Virus genome (UHGV): UHGV-0559702
Length of the DNA: 50,417 bases
Source: a virus
Strand: one strand, 5' to 3'
A program made the position numbers and the translations under genes. Of this stretch, positions 43,537 through 50,417 are shown in pieces; position 1 is the first letter of the stretch; each line of letters opens with the position of its first letter. The notes under the pieces are model-generated. The model was not told the DNA's origin, did no database searches, and was given only the letters and a program-made list of their open reading frames with translations.

Positions 43537-45084
43537 ATGAGCAAGAAGCGCACTTTTCGACACGCCACCTCCATACCTCCGCAAGTGCAACCGTCGCGCC
43601 GTCTGAATCTCTCCCCGGACGTGCGCGGCGGCCTTGCTCAGTCTTTGCCGCCTACGCCCGACGACATCAGTCGGCTGTACGGTCCTGCGAAGACGCTCGG
43701 CGCGCCCAAAGAGGTGCAGCTTGCGATGGATACGCGGCTTGCGGATTCCGGCGTCTATTCCCTGCTCCAGCACTCGCTTGAGCTTGGGGTCGGGATTGCG
43801 CCGCAATTCATGGGCTACGGCGTCCTCCAGAATCTTGCCCAGAACGGATTGATTCGTGCCTGCGTCGAGACGGTATCCGACGACATGACTCGAGCATGGA
43901 TTGAGTTCAAGCGCGAAGGGGAGGGCGGCGCCGAGTCATTGCTCACCGACCTTGCGCAGGCGTGTAAGAGGTTCGCACTGCAACGCCTTTTCCATGATGC
44001 GACCGAGCTTGTGGGGTACGAGGGCGGGGCCTTCCTTTTCATCGACACCGGAGCAGTCGGGGAAGAGCTGGAACGCCCGCTGAACGTCAGCCCGTATTCC
44101 GCCGAACTCAGGCCCGGCGGCGTGCTGCGCTTCGTCGTCATCGACCCCGTGAACGTCTTCCCCGGAGACTATAACAGCCTTTCGCCGCTTGAGCCGGACT
44201 ACTTCCGCCCGCGCTGGTGGTGGGTGCTCGGACAGCGGGTACACGCCTCGCGCCTCATCCGATTGGTTGCGAACGAATGCCCGGTGCTGCTGCGGCCCGC
44301 CTACAATTTTCTAGGCATCCCGCAGGCCCAGATCCTCTGGGATTACGTCCTGCATTTTCAGGAATGCCGCGCCGCCGAAGCCCGGCTACTGACCAAGTTT
44401 TCGCTGACCGTCTTCAAGACGAAGATGGAAGACATCCTGTACTCAGCCGGGGGCACCGCTCAGATCGATACCCGCATCCGGTACATGATTCAGACCATGA
44501 CCAATGACGGCGTGCTTGCCGTCGACAAAGAATCGGAAGACGTGGTCAAGCTGGAAACCCCGCTTTCAGGCGTGACCGACATCGTGCGCCAGTCCCTTGA
44601 AATCCTCGCCGCCCTGAACCGAACCCCGGCGGTCAAGCTGCTCGGCATCAGCCCGTCAGGGTTCAATGCCACGGGCGAATCGGACATCCGCAACTATTAC
44701 GACCATGTCAGGAGCCAGCAGGAGAAAGTCCTGCGCGACGGCATCAAGAAGGCGCTCGACTGTATCCAGCTCTACCTGCGCGGAACCATCGACCCTTCCG
44801 TGACTTTCGACTTCGCGCCCCTCGGCGAAGAGGATAGGGCGGCCCTTGCGACGCTCCAGAAGACCAAGGCCGACACCATCGCCGTCTACATGGATCGGGA
44901 CATCATCTCTCAGGAAGAAGCCCGGCAATCCCTTGCCTGTGACCCGGACAGCGGCTTCTCCAACATAGCCCCGCCGGAAGTGCCGCAGGGCAACGGAATG
45001 CCCGACGCTCTGCCGGAAGCCGGGGAAGGGGGCTTGATGCCCGACATCGACGACGTGGACAAGGCAGGGGCCGTCTATGGCTAA
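43537..45084 (+). CDS. Portal protein (Mu gp29/DUF935-like)
   Basis: 515 aa, and its position directly after terminase and before the Mu-F-like gene. Confidence 0.75.
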   Translation: MSKKRTFRHATSIPPQVQPSRRLNLSPDVRGGLAQSLPPTPDDISRLYGPAKTLGAPKEVQLAMDTRLADSGVYSLLQHSLELGVGIAPQFMGYGVLQNLAQNGLIRACVETVSDDMTRAWIEFKREGEGGAESLLTDLAQACKRFALQRLFHDATELVGYEGGAFLFIDTGAVGEELERPLNVSPYSAELRPGGVLRFVVIDPVNVFPGDYNSLSPLEPDYFRPRWWWVLGQRVHASRLIRLVANECPVLLRPAYNFLGIPQAQILWDYVLHFQECRAAEARLLTKFSLTVFKTKMEDILYSAGGTAQIDTRIRYMIQTMTNDGVLAVDKESEDVVKLETPLSGVTDIVRQSLEILAALNRTPAVKLLGISPSGFNATGESDIRNYYDHVRSQQEKVLRDGIKKALDCIQLYLRGTIDPSVTFDFAPLGEEDRAALATLQKTKADTIAVYMDRDIISQEEARQSLACDPDSGFSNIAPPEVPQGNGMPDALPEAGEGGLMPDIDDVDKAGAVYG

Positions 45085-45859
45085 GGTCATCCGCGCCATC
45101 AAGCCCAACGCGGGCATCCGGGCGAAATACCGGAAGCGGCTGGTGTCGCTTCTCGACGAGATGCAGCGTTCCGTCGTGTGGTGGCTGCGCGCCGAGTACA
45201 GGAAGCAGGAAACCCGCATAGCACAGGATGCGTCCCCGGCGAGTGACCTACAAGACCGCCTCAAGAGCCTGTTCCGGTACTGGACGAAGCGGTGGAGGGA
45301 AAGCGCGGAGAGTTTTGCACGGGAGTTCGTGGGCAGTACGAGGCGGCGCACGGAAGCCGGGATGCGGCAGGCGTTAAAAGACGCGGGCTTCACGGTGAGG
45401 ATGGATAGGAGCAGGGCCATGAGCGACGTGGCGCGGGCCCTCTTCGAGGAAAATGTCAATCTCATCAAATCCATTCCGCAGCACTATTTCACGGAAGTAA
45501 CGGGGCTAGTACAGCGTTCCGCCAGCATGGGCCGGGACGTGGAGTTCCTCGCCGACGAACTGCACAAGCGGTACGAGATCACCCGGCGCCGGGCAGAATT
45601 CATTGCCCGCGACCAGTCCAATAAGGTGACCGAGTCCCTTAAGCGGGTACAGGACAAGGAACTCGGCATCACCGAAGGCATCTGGGTACATGTGCCGGGA
45701 AAGAAAACGAGCCGCCATACCCACCAGCTCATGAATGGGAAAAAGTTCGTCATCACGGAAGGTCTTTACGACTCTGACGTGAAGCGCAAAGTGCTTTGCG
45801 GTGAGCTTCCGGGGTGCCAATGCACGTACCGGGCCGTTATTCCTGAATTTGGAGACTAG
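45077..45859 (+). CDS. Mu F-like head morphogenesis protein
   Basis: 260 aa. Overlaps the portal stop. Position and size fit SPP1 gp7/Mu F-like minor head proteins. Confidence 0.65.
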   Translation: MAKVIRAIKPNAGIRAKYRKRLVSLLDEMQRSVVWWLRAEYRKQETRIAQDASPASDLQDRLKSLFRYWTKRWRESAESFAREFVGSTRRRTEAGMRQALKDAGFTVRMDRSRAMSDVARALFEENVNLIKSIPQHYFTEVTGLVQRSASMGRDVEFLADELHKRYEITRRRAEFIARDQSNKVTESLKRVQDKELGITEGIWVHVPGKKTSRHTHQLMNGKKFVITEGLYDSDVKRKVLCGELPGCQCTYRAVIPEFGD

Positions 45860-47593
<1,734 letters not shown>

Positions 47594-47603
47594 GAGGCAC
47601 ACC

Positions 47604-48242
47604 ATGCCTTTGCAGTCCCAAGTCAATCTTTCCGTCGCTCCCGGCGTTGCGGGCGATAAAGCGACGCCCGACCAGAGCATCTACACCCCGCTCAACCCTC
47701 TGGCGGCGGTGGCCCTCCCTGTGGGGCGCTTCGTCTTCCCTGTCGTGGATTCCGGCGTGATCGACAACACGCGGGCCACCAACGTCGCGGGCACCGCCAC
47801 AGCCGTGCTCGGCTTCGTGGAGCGCGTCATCAACTACGTGAACTATGAACTGCTTTCTGACGGCACCCTGACTGTCCCGGCAGGCTCGAACCTCACCGTG
47901 GCTGTGAAGGGCGACTATTGGGCCGTTTCCACGACCAAGGCCACGGTGGGGCAGGCCGTCCTTGCCTCCACCGCTGACGGTTCAATCAGCACCGGGACCC
48001 CCGACGCCACGCACCTCGATACGGGGTGGGTCGTCAAGACGCCCGGCGAAATCGGGGAACCGATCATCATCAGCAATTGGGGACAGGCCGCAGCGTCGGG
48101 ATCCGGCGGCGACACCTCGAACCTGATGCAGAAAGATTTCAGCAACGCCACCGGAGCGCTCGGCGTGGCCAACGGCGGAACTGGCGCAACCACTGCGGAA
48201 CAGGCCCGCACCAACCTCGGCGCAGCCGCCGCCGGAGCGTAG
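47604..48242 (+). CDS. Virion structural protein (possible head decoration) with a fibre-like C-terminal motif
   Basis: AGGAGG RBS. The C-terminus reads GALGVANGGTGATTAEQARTNLGA. Confidence 0.5.
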   Translation: MPLQSQVNLSVAPGVAGDKATPDQSIYTPLNPLAAVALPVGRFVFPVVDSGVIDNTRATNVAGTATAVLGFVERVINYVNYELLSDGTLTVPAGSNLTVAVKGDYWAVSTTKATVGQAVLASTADGSISTGTPDATHLDTGWVVKTPGEIGEPIIISNWGQAAASGSGGDTSNLMQKDFSNATGALGVANGGTGATTAEQARTNLGAAAAGA

Positions 48243-48252
48243 GAGGTACTAC

Positions 48253-49266
48253 ATGAATCCGACTTTTGAACAGGCCAAGCGCTACGGCTTTATCTTCCCG
48301 GGCGCCCGCATGTGGGCAACTCCGGAGAACCGCGCCCGCATTGCGCAGGACGCCGCGCTCATCACTACTCCGAACACGACCGTCCCCGCCGAGCTTCTGG
48401 CGTATATCGACCCGATGGTCATCGAAATCCTGACCGCGCCCCGGCGCGCCCGTGAAATCTTCGGTGAAGAGAAGAAGGGCGATTGGACGACCCCGTACAT
48501 GAAGTGGCGCGTGGACGAAATGACCGGAAAGACCGAGCCGTATTCCGACTATGCCAACGGCACGACTTCGGGCGTGAACTCCGAATGGCAAACCCGCGTG
48601 CAGTACGTCTTCCAGACGTCCATCACCTACGGCGACTTTGAAGTGGACATGTCGAGCACGGCAAAAGTCAACCTCGCTGCCTCCAAGCAGCGTGCGGCCG
48701 CCAACGTCATCGACATCGACCAGAACCGTTTCTACCTGCTCGGAGTCGCCGGGAAGGAAATCTACGGCATCCTTAACGATCCGAACCTCCCTGCTGCGAT
48801 CACCGCAGGGGCCACGGGCACGGGCGGCTCCACGAAATGGGCCGACAAGACCACGGTGCAGATCTACAATGACGTCCTCGCCCTGTTCGCGCAGCTTTCC
48901 GAGCAGTCCAGCGGCCTCATTGACAAAGACACGCCCCTCAAGCTCTGCCTCTCCCCCGAACTGGCCGTTCGCCTCGGCGCGGCTACCGATTTCAACGTGT
49001 CCGTGCTGGATATGTTGAAGCGGTACTTCACCCGCATTGACATCGTGACCGTCCCCGAGCTGCACAGCATGACCGCCGGGGAAACCATGTTCCTCATCGC
49101 CCCCGAAGTGAACGGGCAGCGATCCGGCACGCTGGCCTTCGGAGAAAAGATGCGTGCCGGACGCGTCGTGCCCGACCTGTCCAGCTTCCGTCAGAAGTTC
49201 GTCGGCACCACCTACGGCGGTATCGTGCTCATGCCCTTTGCCTTTGCGCAAATGACTGGAGCCTAG
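48253..49266 (+). CDS. Major capsid protein (DUF2184/XkdG-like)
   Basis: AGGAGG RBS. 337 aa. Follows the DUF2213-like protease. Confidence 0.7.
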   Translation: MNPTFEQAKRYGFIFPGARMWATPENRARIAQDAALITTPNTTVPAELLAYIDPMVIEILTAPRRAREIFGEEKKGDWTTPYMKWRVDEMTGKTEPYSDYANGTTSGVNSEWQTRVQYVFQTSITYGDFEVDMSSTAKVNLAASKQRAAANVIDIDQNRFYLLGVAGKEIYGILNDPNLPAAITAGATGTGGSTKWADKTTVQIYNDVLALFAQLSEQSSGLIDKDTPLKLCLSPELAVRLGAATDFNVSVLDMLKRYFTRIDIVTVPELHSMTAGETMFLIAPEVNGQRSGTLAFGEKMRAGRVVPDLSSFRQKFVGTTYGGIVLMPFAFAQMTGA

Positions 49267-49287
49267 TCCCATCCTTCCCTCCATGCG

Positions 49288-49326
49288 AAAGCCCCAACCG
49301 CCTGTTTAACGGTTGGGGCTTTCTTT
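49288..49326. terminator. Bidirectional rho-independent terminator (perfect 13-bp stem)
   Basis: AAAGCCCCAACCG-cctgtttaa-CGGTTGGGGCTTT followed by TCTTT. Lies between the convergent capsid and RHH genes. Confidence 0.7.
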
Positions 49327-49339
49327 ACGTAGTCAGGCG

Positions 49340-49561
49340 TCATTTTCCAAGCTGCTGTATATTTGCGTCCAGCCACATCTCGACTGCTTCCCGTACTACC
49401 TGTGAGCGTAGGATACCCCTATCCGTACATACATCGTTCAGCCGTTCCCAGACATGATCCGGCATAGATACAGTCTTTACTGTTGCACGATTTTCAACCT
49501 TTTTTTTACGTCCAGATCCTTTACGGCGTCCACCCTGCTTTTTTTCTTGTGCATCATTCAT
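49340..49561 (-). CDS. Ribbon-helix-helix (CopG/Arc-like) DNA-binding protein
   Basis: ATVKTVSMPDHVWERLNDVCTDRGILRSQVVREAV RHH pattern. Overlaps the upstream ORF by 8 nt. Confidence 0.55.
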   Translation of the reverse strand: MNDAQEKKQGGRRKGSGRKKKVENRATVKTVSMPDHVWERLNDVCTDRGILRSQVVREAVEMWLDANIQQLGK

Positions 49562-50417
49562 TTGTTGAATCTCCCCTCATCAAAAAGCTATCTTCTTCCC
49601 ACTGGCTGCGCCAGAAATAGCCTTTCACCCTCTTTTCAGTAGAGACGTATTCTGTAATGCCGATCAGCGGCTCGGCAAAGGCATGAAGATGTCCGTCCCG
49701 TGCCCCTCCGCGAACTTGAAAGTCTGTGATTGCTGAAAAACCGATATTCGTTGCGGACAGCCATTTTCCGCTGTACGTTCCTATCGCGGTTACAAGCTGT
49801 TCAATGGGGTTTCCAGGGCTCATAACGTCGCGCCGATCCAAAACAACTTTCCCGGCGGGAATGCACTCTAGAAGCGTAGAGAGGTCATCATGCAAAGCCG
49901 GGGCGTCGTATGAAGTGATCAGCCCACCGGAGAACTTTCCGAAGTTCAAGAAAAGATCCACGGCGTTCGGTACGGAATGCAGGGCTTCCGACAGTTCAAA
50001 GATAAGGCTTACCCGTATATGCCCCGTTGCACCGGGCTGCAAAGAGAGATGTGTGGAGCCTTTTGCGTAGTCGCTCCCGTTACGGGATTTTTCAAAAGTA
50101 AAAGCCGCTCCTAATCTTTGGCTAGGCTCGAAAATAGCGGTTTCATGCTCCCCAAGGGGTTCGATGCTATGCACAACAAGGCATACTCCGGTAACTTTGG
50201 GACCATGCATCTCGCGCTCCAGTGCATGTCCCATCCCCCATGCTGCAAAGAGGGGCGCGCCGTTGAGCATAGTATAATTCGTCAAGATGTTTGCCGTTTG
50301 TACAAAGAGATTGGAAAGGATCAGGTAAGTTCCCTTTCCTGACGCCTGACGGCTGGCATTTCCGCGCACGGATTTGGGTGTAGAAAGAAAAACAGGATAT
50401 TGTATCGCCTTTTTGGA
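49554..50417 (-). CDS. Hypothetical protein, 5'-truncated by the window end (at least 288 aa). Continuous in frame with 1..528 if the contig is circular.
   Basis: The open frame runs without a stop to the last base of the window. The window end is a codon boundary. Confidence 0.5.
   Translation of the reverse strand, partial: SKKAIQYPVFLSTPKSVRGNASRQASGKGTYLILSNLFVQTANILTNYTMLNGAPLFAAWGMGHALEREMHGPKVTGVCLVVHSIEPLGEHETAIFEPSQRLGAAFTFEKSRNGSDYAKGSTHLSLQPGATGHIRVSLIFELSEALHSVPNAVDLFLNFGKFSGGLITSYDAPALHDDLSTLLECIPAGKVVLDRRDVMSPGNPIEQLVTAIGTYSGKWLSATNIGFSAITDFQVRGGARDGHLHAFAEPLIGITEYVSTEKRVKGYFWRSQWEEDSFLMRGDSTNE

Noticed and set aside
49554-50369. Macrodomain (ADP-ribose hydrolase) in the large partner ORF, from the segment WGMGHALEREMHGPKVTGVCLVVHSIEP
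   Set aside because: The GxG...VIHxVGP-like resemblance is superficial. The two motif-like segments are ~18 residues apart rather than the ~45-60 seen in macrodomains. Not claimed without a profile search.

Overview
The window is a GC-rich (~60%) genome of a temperate, Mu-like (Mor-activator-regulated) contractile-tailed phage. It is either a prophage or a circularly permuted phage contig. The 50,417-bp length is not a round number, and the minus-strand ORFs at the two ends join in frame; both point to a circular contig. The layout is as follows. An attP-type junction (a 3' tRNA fragment with terminator and arm-type repeats) sits next to a tyrosine integrase. A leftward early operon follows (Xis/AlpA-like, a small DNA methyltransferase, two Lar restriction-alleviation paralogs, Ead/Ea22-like, DUF4406-like, Gp157, SSB, ERF). 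Next comes a cI-like/cro-like switch with three palindromic operators and a (CT)24 microsatellite. The replication module holds an O-like initiator and a DnaB helicase. Two Mor/C-family activators, RusA and a lysis cassette (M15 peptidase, holin, lipoprotein) come next. The head module has small and large terminase, an EndA-type periplasmic nuclease moron on the opposite strand, a portal, a Mu-F-like protein, a DUF2213-like protease/scaffold and the major capsid. An accessory island follows: an RHH protein, a large unknown ORF, an ART-fold protein, DUF1640, two BRO-N antirepressors, and a stand-alone HsdR_N nuclease with a glycine-zipper membrane protein. Head-tail joining genes and the contractile-tail module (DUF3383-like sheath, DUF3277-like tube, chaperone, tape measure, baseplate, mosaic tail fibres with chaperone) complete the genome. 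Main findings. (1) A conserved 18-bp motif (cGAAcyTTGTTCACGGTG) occurs four times, each 50-75 bp upstream of a late operon; these are candidate Mor/C-dependent promoters. (2) A candidate toxin/defence module pairs a PARP/Tpt1-like ADP-ribosyltransferase-fold protein with a large partner ORF that wraps the contig ends and an RHH protein. (3) A two-gene HsdR_N-nuclease plus glycine-zipper membrane cassette sits between the two antirepressor genes. (4) There are two distinct operator families and a thrice-repeated hairpin-plus-box element. (5) A dinucleotide repeat inside an ORF of the immunity region suggests phase variation. All protein family calls rest on motifs I recognised by eye. No database searches were run.
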